Position numbers and translations under genes: made by a program. A stretch of 63,526 nt of DNA, the filler included, from Craspedostauros australis (taxonomy: Eukaryota), in assembly GCA_030167865.1 (NCBI GenBank). It is 13 parts of 13 records of this genome, joined end to end, with 100 filler letters (N's around TTAATTAATTAA, not from the genome) between each part and the next. Parts side by side here need not be neighbours in the genome. Positions count along the whole stretch, not along the records: positions 46,243 to 49,752 come from JALAGF010004009.1; positions 49,853 to 53,360 come from JALAGF010004010.1; positions 53,461 to 57,211 come from JALAGF010004011.1; positions 57,312 to 62,315 come from JALAGF010004014.1; 9 more parts are not named here. The stretch is one strand, 5' to 3'. Each line of letters begins with the position of its first letter. The first letter of the stretch is position 1. A model generated the notes under the pieces. The model ran no database searches. It was not told where the DNA came from and worked only from the letters and a program-made list of their open reading frames with translations. Below, piece by piece: positions 47,974 to 60,300 of this stretch.

Positions 47974-49752
47974 ATGCAACGGAGGACCTTTCGCATCGCC
48001 ATGGTGTGTGACTTCTTCTACCCGTGACTTGGAGGTGTGGAGATGCACATCTGGTCGCTGTCGCAGCATCTGCTGTGTTTGGGACACAAGGTCGTCGTCG
48101 TCACGCACGCATACGCCGATCGCAAGGGGGTCAGATACATGGCAGGTGGATTGAAGGTGTACTATTGTGTACGTGACTACATCCATTTGTTACATTAGCA
48201 ATGCGCCATTGCGGCAAAGTATTTGTTGGGTTGTCCCATATCACTCCATGGCGATATCCACAACTTCCTCGTCCTCTCACACTGCCTTGCCTCTATTTCA
48301 TCACACGAATACGAACGCATCCCACAACCACCAAATGGTGAACAAAAGCCAATACTCCCAATGACAGACCAGGACGCGTTGCCAACGTTTCTGACAACGT
48401 ACCCCTTGGTCCGTCACATCTTCATCCGTGAACAAATCGATATCGTGCATGCACACCAGGCAACCAGCACCATGGCCAACGAATCAGTCGTTTACGCATC
48501 GCTTCTCGGGCTTCCCAGCGTCTATACGGACCATTCTCTCTTTGCTTTGCATGATCTGGCCGGCGTTATATTAAATCGGGTGAGTGGGGTTGTTCTGCAT
48601 TCTCTCGAGGAGCATGATGTAACAATCAGGCAAATTGATTCATTGATGTGCATCTGTTGCTGTCCAAGCGGGATCTGTCTCTGTCTCTCTCTCTCTCGGT
48701 GAACGCAAAAAACGCAAACTGGGCATCATCAACCGTTAAATCCATTCTCACCATTGCTTTCTTCACGGTCAGCACGTTCGTCTCCTGCTGCGATCCTGAT
48801 CCACGTGATTTGGTTACAACGCGTACTGAAGGTGCTAGAAACTACGCTTTCCACAGCCGACGCCACCATTGCCGTATCACACATCTGCCGTACCAATTTG
48901 ATCCTACGGGCCAACCTCGATCCGCAACGTGTCCATGTGGTGCCCAATGCAATCGACCCATCCAAGTTCACGCCAGATCCATCCAAACGGCCGAAGGAAA
49001 GGTAGGTCAAGAGAAAAGAGACGGCGCGCTTTTCTTGCGGAGCGTGTGTATCAGAGCGATGTCGATGCGTTGTAGCTACTAGCATCGCGCCGCGTATGTA
49101 AGCTGTCTCGAACTGCTCGTATCTTGTTCACGCCGTGCCAATCTGAATCAAATCAAATTAAAGGAAACTAACGCCGTGTCCAATCGGTCTCCTCCTCTTT
49201 GGATTCCATATTGGCACAACCAAATTCCAGAATACGCATCGTCGTGGTGTCTCGCCTGGTGTATCGCAAAGGCGTGGACCTGCTGGTTGGTATCATCCCC
49301 AAGGTCTGCCAGGCATTACCACAGATCGATTTCCTCGTGGGTGGAGACGGGAACAAGTTCCTCAATCTGCAGGAAATGGTCGAGCAGGAACAGCTGGAAG
49401 ATCGCGTGCAGTTCCTGGGCAGCGTCCCGCACGAGCAAGTCCGTGACGTGCTTTGCCAGGGTCACATCTTCCTCAACTGTTCTCTGACGGAGTCATTCTG
49501 TATTGCAATCTTGGAAGCTGCATGCTGCGGGTTGCTCATCGTGTCGACAGATGTCGGTGGCATTCCGGAGGTGCTGGAGGATGATATGATTCTGATGGCG
49601 AAACCCAACGTGGATGCGTTGGTGCAGCAAATCATGGAGGCAGCCTCGAGGCAGTCATCAGATGCAACCAAGGTGGATCCCTTCGAAACACACGAACGCA
49701 TCAAGTCCATGTACTCATGGGAGCAAGTCGCAGCCGATACATTGCGAGTCTA
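47974..49752 (+). pseudogene. PIGA: PIG-A/GPI3 version with a premature stop (CGA>TGA at 48025-48027)
   Basis: Reads CDFFYP*LGGVEMH versus [14 protein letters not shown] in the other version. The intron-1 acceptor is also AAG instead of CAG. Confidence 0.8.
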
Positions 49753-49860
49753 NNNNNNNNNNNNNNNNNNNNNNNNNNNNNNNNNNNNNNNNNNNNTTAA
49801 TTAATTAANNNNNNNNNNNNNNNNNNNNNNNNNNNNNNNNNNNNNNNNNNNNCACTACAG

Positions 49861-50973
49861 GGACAACCATCGTGGTTGATTTCCACCGTCGCGGATCTCA
49901 ACATGACACTCTTGCTCAAGCCATTTCCGATTCTGCCCGATGAAATCAAGAACGGCACGTTCCTGCAAAGGGACATTGACAAGGACGGCTGCTGCGGCCA
50001 CAAGGAGCTGATGAAGCTGTACGCTTACACAATGACCAACTACACGCTGGCCATCCATCTCGATATGGATACGCTGGTGACATCGCCTTTGGACGAACTG
50101 TTTGATGCCATTCACTTCCCGCACACTCACCCAGTCGGACAGGCCGCGCGTCAACGGTTGGAAGACGAGAAGCTGATTGCTCCGACGCACAAAGGCCGGC
50201 GTCCATTGGCGGACGTCCCAGACATTGCGGCGTTCTACACACGTGATTACAATATGCTGCAGCCCGGTTTTGCCAAGAGAGTTGGAATGCAAGGTGGATT
50301 CTTGCTTGTGCGACCCAATCAAACAACCTACGACGAGCTACTGGACATTGTGCGCTCTGGAGACTACAGGCGGGGCTATGGAATGAAAAATGGTTGGCGA
50401 GGCAGCGGATTTGGGGGTCACATTTGGGGCAGCCTCACGATCCAAGGATTGCTGGGCTACTTCTTCTGGACTCCCGAAAGGAACACGCAGAATATCGAGT
50501 TGCATCGATGCAAGTTCAACCAGATTTCGGACAATCCACGGCGTTCTACTTTCCACAGGAAGGTCCCGCGCGGCACTCCCTATCCCGAGGCCAACATGAC
50601 GTTCCGCGATGCCGACTGTCGGGATGGCCGCGACAATTGCGACGATGTCCAATGCCAGACCTGGCCGATCGAGGACACGCGGCTGGTGCATTACACTGCC
50701 TGCAAGAAGCCTTGGACCTGCCCAGGTGTGCAGTACAATGCCACGTGGAATATGGTTGGCTGTCGTGCCATGCACAGGGCTTGGTTCTTGGTGCGTCAAT
50801 CACTCCAGAAGGAGATGCTGTCGCGATACCGAGAGGCCATCGGTCATACTGACTCCAATGATCGTGATGGTGTCGAAATCATCGTTCGCAACAATTCGGG
50901 CACGCACAACCCAGAGCTTCAGTTTGGATACTGCAATGAAAAAGGACCCAAGGGGTACATTACGATGTTTTGA
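49861..50973 (+). CDS. Redundant copy of the GT8-like exon
   Basis: Translation is identical to 46251-47363, and the contig starts at the same base. Confidence 0.8.
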   Translation, partial: GQPSWLISTVADLNMTLLLKPFPILPDEIKNGTFLQRDIDKDGCCGHKELMKLYAYTMTNYTLAIHLDMDTLVTSPLDELFDAIHFPHTHPVGQAARQRLEDEKLIAPTHKGRRPLADVPDIAAFYTRDYNMLQPGFAKRVGMQGGFLLVRPNQTTYDELLDIVRSGDYRRGYGMKNGWRGSGFGGHIWGSLTIQGLLGYFFWTPERNTQNIELHRCKFNQISDNPRRSTFHRKVPRGTPYPEANMTFRDADCRDGRDNCDDVQCQTWPIEDTRLVHYTACKKPWTCPGVQYNATWNMVGCRAMHRAWFLVRQSLQKEMLSRYREAIGHTDSNDRDGVEIIVRNNSGTHNPELQFGYCNEKGPKGYITMF

Positions 50974-51583
50974 CCATCAGTTGGACTTGTCGGTGGGATT
51001 CTCTATCCATGCAGGAATGGGGAAAAAGAGCTCGCGCAATGTAAGCAGCAGCCTGGAGAAATAGAACGGGATGAGTCAAACCTACTCTATCTCAATCTAC
51101 TCTGCTCTCAGCAATTGACCTCGTTCGATACTTCCATAAAGTAAATCTATCTTCGGGCTCTCTGGTGAGACATAGCCATGAACCCACCCGAATCCGCTGT
51201 TGGCTGAATCCCGCTGTGGCATGTGCTCGTGTCCCGTTTTGTTTCTGGATTGGCGCCAAAAAATACAAACGCCGCTTCCGAAACCGACACAGAAATCCAA
51301 GATCCCCTTGCCCACACTCCGCACAACATTTGGCGCAACGTTTGGCACAACACCCCTTGTGTTTTCCACGGCGCCGGCGGACGGATCGTGTGTGAGAGCT
51401 ACCTGTCGATGGACGCATTGCGCTGCTGATGGATGCAAGCGGAATACTTGTACGACAACAGTGATGGCACGCCATAGATCGGGCAAGGCACGCCGTTCCA
51501 ACACATCAAAGATACAGGAACAGGAGCTGATGATCCAGGATGACATCAATGCACCCCGTCCAAGACAGAAACAACAACAATCG

Positions 51584-53360
51584 ATGCAACGGAGGACCTT
51601 TCGCATCGCCATGGTGTGCGACTTCTTCTACCCGCGACTTGGAGGTGTGGAGATGCACATCTGGTCGCTGTCGCAGCATCTGCTGTGTTTGGGACACAAG
51701 GTCGTGGTCGTCACGCACGCATACGCCGATCGCAAGGGGGTCAGATACATGGCAGGCGGATTGAAGGTGTACTATTGCGTACGTGACTACATCCATTTGT
51801 TACATTAGCAATGCGCCATTGCAGCACAGTATTTGTTGGGTTGTTCCATATCACTCCATGGCGATATTCGCAACTTCCTCGTCCTCTCACACTGCCTTGC
51901 CTCTATTTCATCACACGAGTACGAACGCATCCCACAACCACCAAATGGTGAACAACAGCCAATACTCCCAATGACAGACCAGGACGCGTTGCCAACGTTT
52001 CTGACAACGTACCCCTTGATCCGTCACATCTTCATCCGCGAACAAATCGATATCGTGCATGCACACCAGGCAACCAGCACCATGGCCAACGAATCAATCG
52101 TCTACGCATCGCTTCTCGGGCTTCCCAGCGTCTACACGGACCATTCTCTCTTTGCTTTGCATGATTTGGCCGGCGTCATATTAAATCGGGTGAGTGGGGT
52201 TGTTCTGCATTCTCTCGAGGAGCATGATGCAACAATCAGGCAAATGGATTCATTGATGTGCATCTGTTGTTGTCCAAGCGGGATCTGTCTCTCTCTCTCT
52301 CTCTCGGTGAACGCAACAACCGCAAACTGGGCATCGTCAACCGTTAAATCCATTCTCACCATTGCTTTCTTCACGGTCAGCACGTTCGTCTCCTGCTGCG
52401 ATCCTGATCCACGCGATTTGGTTACAACCCGTACTGAAGGTGCTAGAAACTACGCTTTCCACAGCCGACGCCGCCATTGCCGTATCACACATCTGCCGCA
52501 CCAATTTGATCCTACGGGCCAACCTCGATCCGCAACGTGTCCATGTGGTGCCCAATGCAATCGACCCATCCAAGTTCACGCCAGATCCATCCAAACGGCC
52601 GAAGGAAAGGTAGGTCAAGAGAAAAGAGACGGCGCGCTTTTCTTGCGGAGCGTGTGTATCAGAGCGATGTCGATGCGTTGTAGCTACTAGCATCGCGCCG
52701 CGTATGTAAGCTGTCTCGAACTGCTCGTATCTTGTTCACGCCGTGCCAATCTGAATCAAATCAAATTAAAGGAAACTAACGCCGTGTCCAATCGGTCTCC
52801 TCCTCTTTGGATTCCATATTGGCACAACCAAATTCCAGAATACGCATCGTCGTGGTGTCTCGCCTGGTGTATCGCAAAGGCGTGGACCTGCTGGTTGGTA
52901 TCATCCCCAAGGTCTGCCAGGCATTACCACAGATCGATTTCCTCGTGGGTGGAGACGGGAACAAGTTCCTCAATCTGCAGGAAATGGTCGAGCAGGAACA
53001 GCTGGAAGATCGCGTGCAGTTCCTGGGCAGCGTCCCGCACGAGCAAGTCCGTGACGTGCTTTGCCAGGGTCACATCTTCCTCAACTGTTCTCTGACGGAG
53101 TCATTCTGTATTGCAATCTTGGAAGCTGCATGCTGCGGGTTGCTCATCGTGTCGACAGATGTCGGTGGCATTCCGGAGGTGCTGGAGGATGATATGATTC
53201 TGATGGCGAAACCCAACGTGGATGCGTTGGTGCAGCAAATCATGGAGGCAGCCTCGAGGCAGTCATCAGATGCAACCAAGGTGGATCCCTTCGAAACACA
53301 CGAACGCATCAAGTCCATGTACTCATGGGAGCAAGTCGCAGCCGATACATTGCGAGTCTA
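51584..53360 (+). CDS. PIGA: Phosphatidylinositol N-acetylglucosaminyltransferase subunit A (GT4); exons 51584-51778, 51959-52189, 52440-52609, 52839->53360
   Basis: [73 protein letters not shown] and VGGIPEVL. Three GT-AG introns join in frame (YYC|PILP, NR|VLET, KER|IRI). The start could be an upstream ATG; 3' end truncated. Confidence 0.93.
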
Positions 53361-53460
53361 NNNNNNNNNNNNNNNNNNNNNNNNNNNNNNNNNNNNNNNN
53401 NNNNTTAATTAATTAANNNNNNNNNNNNNNNNNNNNNNNNNNNNNNNNNNNNNNNNNNNN

Positions 53461-56106
53461 GGTGCTACTCATGGACAAACGAGCTCTGCGCGGTTCGAAC
53501 CGCAGAGAAGAACATCGTCGCTCACTGCGGGACAGATCTTGGCCTTGGTGGGTGATGAGGATCTAGCTGCACTCGTGAGCGATGATGATGATGGTGACGA
53601 TGATGCGGAGGAAGCTGGTGGCGCAATTCCCTCTCCGCAAGAACACCTACAAGTCCATGTCAATAGGCAGGATGCCAGTGTTGATGACGGCGAGGCTGGC
53701 AGCGGCGGAGACCCCTGTGATGAAGAAAGCACCGACCATGGCAGCCAAACACGAGTGAACAAGAAGGAGAAGGAGCCTGAAGACATCGATGCGGACATGT
53801 CCATCAAAGACCACACACTTGCAGATGAGAATGAGGACAGTCGTACTCATCCACACATTCAAAAGATGCAACCATCCAAAAAGCATCCCACGGATCCCAG
53901 GAAGATGATTCTGGATGATCCAAAACCAATCAAAGCGACCGATGAACCCAAAAAGGTCGCCTTCCTCGGAGCTGGCGACAACAAGAGCAAGACGCAAGAT
54001 CCGCAGGATGGGCCAGAAATCGATGACTTCCTGCATCATTCCATCCTTCGAGACCCGAACACGACCGATCTGCCCAGTGCCACCTTGGGCGATTCTGTCA
54101 TGTCACCGAGTGTCGTCTCGGCACTCTCCAGTCATGCTGAAGCCATCCACCACGATAGTCAAACCTCGCAGGATGCAGGCAGCGAGACTGGCACTCAAGA
54201 CGAAACCAGCGTTCCCCAAACAGCAAGCGTCGGTGCATTCCGCGTTTCTTCGTCATTCCAACCACCTGAGAATGACGACGTGGAGACTCTGTCCACACAG
54301 TCAGCTCGACTGCAGCAAGCTAACGATCCTGCTGTTGTCGCCGAGCTGGCGCCTACGAGAGACGAGATGAGGGATGAGTTCCGGGAAGAGTTGGAACGCG
54401 AAATGGAAGACCGGCTTGATCGTGAAATTCAGGAGCGCATGACGACGAACATCGTGCTCGCAGAATCCGTTCGTCCCGTTGAACCAAATCATCACGAGGA
54501 CGGTGATGGTGATGGCGATGGTGATGATGACCCAGATGGTGATGGGGAGATGAGAGTCAGGAAGACCGACGACGATAGTGGCAAGTGGAAAACACTGGGG
54601 CAGAAGGGACGGTGGATGGCTTTTGGTGTGGTACTGATCTGTTTGATCATTGTCGCGGTTGTCATCGGCGTCATCGTGGGTGGCAGCGACGGTGGCAACG
54701 ACGGTGGCAGTGACGGTGGCAGTGACTCTGGCGCTTCAACCTCTGCCAGTGATGGCCCATCGACAGCATCTCCAACAGCGCAGGTCGGCACATCCTTCCC
54801 AACCCTCACGCCGTCCAGCTTTCCCACCACTCCATTCCCGTCCGCCATACCCACGCCAATGCCAACACAGACCGATGACTTCTTCATGATGCGTGACAGG
54901 CTCCATCCCTTGCTCGAAGACCCTCCCGCCTCACTCAATCTGTCCGTCTTTGATGACCCAGATTCCATCCCGTATCGAGTGCTCGATTGGATGGCAAATG
55001 ATGATCCTGAGAGCAAGGCAATCATGGCGAATGAAGCTGATATGGATATGGATGTGGATGTGGATATGAATATGGATGTGAATGCGAATGAGTATCTGCT
55101 GGACAGATACATAATGGCGAGCATGTATTATTCGTGGGATGGTCCGAATTGGCCAGATCAGATGGGATTTCTGTCCAACACGACCATTTGCAGTTGGAAG
55201 GGCCCTGAAAATCGAGGAGTCACCTGCAACGATGATGGATTTGTGGATAGGATCTATTTCGAGAAAAGTGGGCTGAGCGGTCCTTTCCCAAATGAGTTCT
55301 TCCAGATCAGGCGCTGGACGTACATCATTCTCCGCAATGATGCCATCACAGGCACGATCCCCAGCTCCATATCTCCAAGCCTCGTTCAACTTGATCTGGC
55401 TCTGCAACAGCTCACTGGGAGCATTCCAACTGAAGTGGGGTTGCTCACGTATATGCAGCACTTCTCAGTCCTCGAAAATTCTCTGAATGGTACCATCCCC
55501 ACGGAGTTTGGGAATTGCACGAGCCTTATTCTGTTGCAGATGTTTCGCAACTACTTGAGCGGACAGATCCCATCCGAACTGGGATCATTACCCGCCATCG
55601 ACACTCTGCAGGTCTACAACAATACGCTGACTGGCACCGTACCAACAGAACTTGGACAATTGAGCACGTTGCGGATCTTTGAATTTCCAGAGAACTACAT
55701 CATCGGAGACATCGATCCGATCTTTTGCTCAGCTTCCAGCAACTTCCCTCGACTGAGGTCTTTGGTGGCAGACTGTCTGGGGTCGAAGCGAGATGGAAGT
55801 CAACTATCCCGCGTTGTATGTTCCTGTTGCCCCACCTGCTGCGATCCGGTCGCGTTCACGTGCATGCAATCGCCAAACCTACAAGTCCCTGGATGCGGTT
55901 TGGGCGAGTGTGTCAATTGCGAATTGGGTGCTGTTGCGCGAAGCTGCGACAAGTGTCCATTTCAGACAGAAGACGGTGGGTTCATCGATTTCGATGATCT
56001 CATTGGTGTCACTCACAACCTCACACAGTCGTGCAATTTCAAGTGCATGTACAACACGACAACCGATACCTGCGAGCAACGGACCCTGTTTGGATTGGAT
56101 GTGTAG
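53461..56106 (+). CDS. Membrane-anchored leucine-rich-repeat protein (diatom-type), 5' truncated
   Basis: Acidic N-terminal region with VGAFRV, TM helix MAFGVVLICLIIVAVVIGVIV, PT-rich stalk, LRR N-cap (ICSWKG...GVTC), plant-type LRRs (LTGSIPTEVGLL, LSGQIPSELGSL) and a Cys-rich tail. The frame is open from 53461. Confidence 0.9.
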   Translation, partial: GATHGQTSSARFEPQRRTSSLTAGQILALVGDEDLAALVSDDDDGDDDAEEAGGAIPSPQEHLQVHVNRQDASVDDGEAGSGGDPCDEESTDHGSQTRVNKKEKEPEDIDADMSIKDHTLADENEDSRTHPHIQKMQPSKKHPTDPRKMILDDPKPIKATDEPKKVAFLGAGDNKSKTQDPQDGPEIDDFLHHSILRDPNTTDLPSATLGDSVMSPSVVSALSSHAEAIHHDSQTSQDAGSETGTQDETSVPQTASVGAFRVSSSFQPPENDDVETLSTQSARLQQANDPAVVAELAPTRDEMRDEFREELEREMEDRLDREIQERMTTNIVLAESVRPVEPNHHEDGDGDGDGDDDPDGDGEMRVRKTDDDSGKWKTLGQKGRWMAFGVVLICLIIVAVVIGVIVGGSDGGNDGGSDGGSDSGASTSASDGPSTASPTAQVGTSFPTLTPSSFPTTPFPSAIPTPMPTQTDDFFMMRDRLHPLLEDPPASLNLSVFDDPDSIPYRVLDWMANDDPESKAIMANEADMDMDVDVDMNMDVNANEYLLDRYIMASMYYSWDGPNWPDQMGFLSNTTICSWKGPENRGVTCNDDGFVDRIYFEKSGLSGPFPNEFFQIRRWTYIILRNDAITGTIPSSISPSLVQLDLALQQLTGSIPTEVGLLTYMQHFSVLENSLNGTIPTEFGNCTSLILLQMFRNYLSGQIPSELGSLPAIDTLQVYNNTLTGTVPTELGQLSTLRIFEFPENYIIGDIDPIFCSASSNFPRLRSLVADCLGSKRDGSQLSRVVCSCCPTCCDPVAFTCMQSPNLQVPGCGLGECVNCELGAVARSCDKCPFQTEDGGFIDFDDLIGVTHNLTQSCNFKCMYNTTTDTCEQRTLFGLDV

Positions 56107-56800
56107 CTGGGTTAGAGACGAGCTGATCATTCGTTAGGTGTGTAGCAGCTCTATTTGAGGAAGAGGCTTCGTGGATAATCGCAGATCCAGCAACACCATG
56201 AAGAATACACCTCACTGGAAACAAATGTGGTGCCGCCATACATGTTGTACGTCACGGGACCTGTATTTTGTTCAATAATCGCAAGGGTTAAATGGAGCAG
56301 AGTCTGGTCTTACTCCCGTACTCTTCATAAGATTCAAGTACCTTGGTGTGCGCATGATTTCTCTGTATCTCTCTCTCTCTCTCTCCCTCTTGAGAGTACG
56401 ATCTACTATGCTCCAGGATGCACATTCCAGCCAACTCAATTTTCTTGTGTGCTCATTGGATTGCTAACTACCTTGAATAGATTTCGTGACTAGCTTGCAA
56501 GGTGACGTCACGGCTTGGTTGGGTTCAGTCGTGCGAAACTGCGTCGTCAGCAACAGGTGGATTCCAAACATGATTTGTTCGCGTTTGTCATGCGTTCGCC
56601 CCAACTTCAACCCAGACATCGCGACTGGCACTTAAACCATTTCAGTAACGGGACTGGTGCTTGTTGTGTGTTCGCATCGTACCTGTGTGTGTCCTCATGA
56701 GTCTCACTCGACACTTTTTGTCACGAATCTACTCGGAAGAGAGAAAAACCACGACGCTGGTCGACAACAGAGAAGGGGCAGAACAACAGAAGGGTAGTGA

Positions 56801-56982
56801 TATTGAAACGGAGACGGTGGTAGGTATAAAGTCGTATCTTAGTGTGTTGATTTGCGGATTGTGTCCGGTTTGTTTCTTTTTCCTTTTCTTTGCGTTGCAC
56901 CTTCTGTGCCTTTTCTGTGGCTGTTGTCGTTTGCTGCTGCTCGTGACTCAGCCGAGTCCTCGTGACTGGTTTCGCTCCAATA
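56801..56982 (-). repeat. Putative 182-bp LTR with TATTG...CAATA inverted termini
   Basis: Starts immediately after the PPT; the 5-bp terminal inverted repeat is perfect. Confidence 0.6.
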
Positions 56983-57211
56983 CGCCCCTTTTGGACGTGT
57001 CAGGGATGAAGACCTGCGAGGTCCTAACCACCTTCACGAGTGTCTTGGTCTGCTTGCGGTTGCCATGTCCAGCCTGATCTGGTTTCGTCGTGTCGCGCTT
57101 TGCTTTGGAAAGTGGCTTTGGTAGACGGAATAGTGACATGCGGATGAGGCGGTAGAACGTGTGCTTTGCCACGGGTTTCGTCAGCAAGTCGGCTTCGTTG
57201 TCCTCTGACGC
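56801..57211 (-). mobile_element. 3' end of a Ty1/copia (CoDi-like) LTR retrotransposon: RNase H tail, PPT and 3' LTR
   Basis: ASEDNEADLLTKPVAKHTFYRL matches the copia RNase H C-terminal motif. The purine tract AAAAGGGGCG (56992-56983) directly precedes TATTGG. Confidence 0.8.
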
Positions 57212-57311
57212 NNNNNNNNNNNNNNNNNNNNNNNNNNNNNNNNNNNNNNNNNNNNTTAATTAATTAANNNNNNNNNNNNNNNNNNNNNNNNNNNNNNNNN
57301 NNNNNNNNNNN

Positions 57312-60300
57312 CCTTCAGCACTTCCACCTTCTTCAAGGCCCCCCACTCCCTGTACAACCTCGATGACTCTCCGTACCGATACTTTGCGTCATCGCAACGA
57401 CCGTAATCCATCAAACAATCTGCAAGTCTCTCATTCGCCAGTGCCTGATCATGAACATACCCACGCTGCGATGTGCTTTGGATGGCCTGCGTATAAGCTG
57501 TGACGGCTTTGCTGTGCTTTCCGCGCAGGAATTGTTCTTCGGCATCTAGAATTGTGAGGTAGTGGGGGCAGTTGGGATGGCCCTGCTTGTTCCACACCTT
57601 CAGCTGCTTTGTGCATTGCTGGGCCGTCCTGAGGTATTTCCGCCTCGATTTGGCGCCTTGTTGTGATGCAGCCAGACAATTCAGCGCTGTGCGAAAAAAG
57701 TTTGGGGCCGGGGCGAACGTGCCCATTGTCGCCTTGGCGAAGGCGAAAACGGATGGGGCTGCGAGATTGGCGCCCATCTCGTATTCGCCGAAGTGGGAGC
57801 ATAGCTCTGCTTTGCTCATGGCGAGTGCGTGCTTCTGAGTGTTGGCCATCAAGCCAACCGTATCGTCGGTGCCCTTGCGTTCGTCGAAGGCGTCCCCGAT
57901 GAGGAGGACGGTATGCTTGGATGTGCCGCGGAGGTTCATAACCCTCTGCCACGCCATCGACAGGAAGTGATGCTGCTGGGTCTGCTTGAAATCCAGCATC
58001 ACTTTGGCGTACATGGCGCAATCGGCATCGACTTGGGAAAGCCGAGTTCCGTCAAAAAAGGAGAACGCGATGTAATTGGAGATGCTCCACGACGCAGTTT
58101 CCAAATCGCCACATGCCGTGGCCGTGCGATACGCCTCCATGAACGGCTCTTTGATCTCTTCCAATGGCTGGTTCCAGTGCTGTATCAACGAGTAGAAATT
58201 GAAGATAATTGCAGGTTGGGTGGCGGGGTGATCTAGCTTTCTCAGAATATCAAGTGAAGCTCGTCCCAGATTCTCACGTGCCTTGACATCGCCCATGGCT
58301 GATCCCGTTATGAGGCCCAGGAAGATGAAGGCGATCGGGGAATGCTCGGACATGCCGTACTTGAACGTTCGTTGAAAAGTCTTGAGGGCGATGATGGGTA
58401 TGAGCTCTGGGTCGGCGAGGTAGCAAAGCGTGACAAGCTTACCCAACGTGCTCATCACTGCTTCCTCCTTCTCATTTTCATTCAGCGGGAGCTTTGCAAT
58501 GGATTCCGATGTCAACGAACGAGCGGCACGCTTCACCTTGAGGAGTCCAGAGATGATCGCAAATGTTCGTTTCATCCCGGGCTTTGGTATGTTGCATCCC
58601 AACATTGCTAGGACGCTCAAGCAAAGCTGTACTGCAGCGGATTCCTTGTCATCTCTCTTGTGCTCTGCTGCAGCGATGTCTGCCAGTGTGTGGTAGGCAT
58701 CGATCTTCTCCAAGATATCGCACTTGGATTCGACGATGATGTTGCAGTATCTGTGGGACCTACCGAGATCGCTTGTGACGAATGCGCACTCTGCCGCAGA
58801 GGAGTACACGTGCAACGTCTCTTCCTGCATCACGTCCCAATGATTGGGTGGGAGAAGGTTGATAGCACAACGGAAGTATCCGAGGGCCAACCGAAATGCG
58901 GAACAACCAACAGCCTTGGTGCCGGCGTCGAAGTTGAGCATCATCACTCGCTTGCGGCGGTCGCTCTTGTTAGAGTCCGGGATCAGGTCTGGTCTTGTGT
59001 TGACAAGGTTCGTGACCATGAAGATACGTTCATCAAGCTCATCTTGGGATAGACCGAAGAGGAGGATCTCTCCCACGCGATACTTGAGCTCTGAGAGCTG
59101 CTCCTGCTCCACCATGTCCAGCGCTGCCTCCTGGACCTTGTCGTGGCTGAAGTTGAAGATGGTGAATTGTCTCGTTCTTGCTTTCCGCTTTGTGTTGGTG
59201 CTGGATTGCGTCTTGCTCGATGCGTTGGTTGTATCGATGTCTATCGCGTAGTTGTCGGCGACCTTGACACTGGCAGATCGTTCCAGCAAGCCTTCACGTT
59301 CGCAGGTGCGGAGCATCTTGCGGATCCCGCTGTTGGAGACGAAGCGGCTGATACCGAACAGCTTGCGGACGAAAGCCGAATGGGCTGAGTGGATGGAGAG
59401 GCCGCGCATCACCACACAGATGGTTGANTAGGAGAAGGATGCACCCAGACATGCCGCGATGGGCAAGATCTGTCTGGCATCCTGCACCTGATGCAGTTTG
59501 TTCTTCATGAGCTCGATGACGTTGCTAGTGAGTGGTGACTTGGCCTCCATCTCATCATCATTCCAGACCCATTCCCATGTGAGTGTTGATACTGTCGATG
59601 GTGTCGATGTTGTTGATGCTGTGGTTGTTGGCGCTGGTGACGGTGGCGGCGTCGACCCTGTCGTTGTGGCCAGCTCGGGCAGAAGCATCGATGGATTGTA
59701 CTGGAGCAGCCGGTCGTCGACCAATGAATGGAGGAACCGTTGCACGAAGAAGGGATTCCCGCCCGTCTTGTTGTACACGATGTCTGCAAAACGTGCCACG
59801 GTCTCATAGCGTTCATCGTTCGTTCCATCATCTCGGTTGCTGTGATCAGCGGTGTTGCTGTATGGGATGTCATCCTGGGGTTTGAGGAGACAGCACAGCA
59901 GCTCCTTGACGTGATCCAGCTCGAGGTCCTGGATGGGAAGCTTGATGATGCGGAGCGATCGCTCGCGTTTGGATTCATCTAGCGCCAACAACGTGGTCTT
60001 GAGGATGCGATTCTCTTCCAGTAGATTGGATCGGTAACATCCGATGACCATCAGNNNNNNNNNNNNNNNNNNNNNNNNNNNNNNNNNNAGGATGTCCAGC
60101 GATGCCTTGTCGGCCCATTGGATGTCATCGATGACGAAGATGAGGGGACAGAAGTTGCAGATGATCTGGATCAACCTCCGCAGAGCGAACTTGAGCCGAT
60201 CACCGTGGGCACGGTACCCGATTTGATCATTCCACGGTCTCGCTAGACTGTGTCTGCCAGATGTACATGTCGATAGACTGGCAACAGAAGCATCGTCCCT

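Noticed and set aside
46243..53360. 3.5-kb tandem duplication of GT8 + PIG-A
   Set aside because: These are two contigs with identical ends, i.e. an assembly bubble. Adjacency is artificial.
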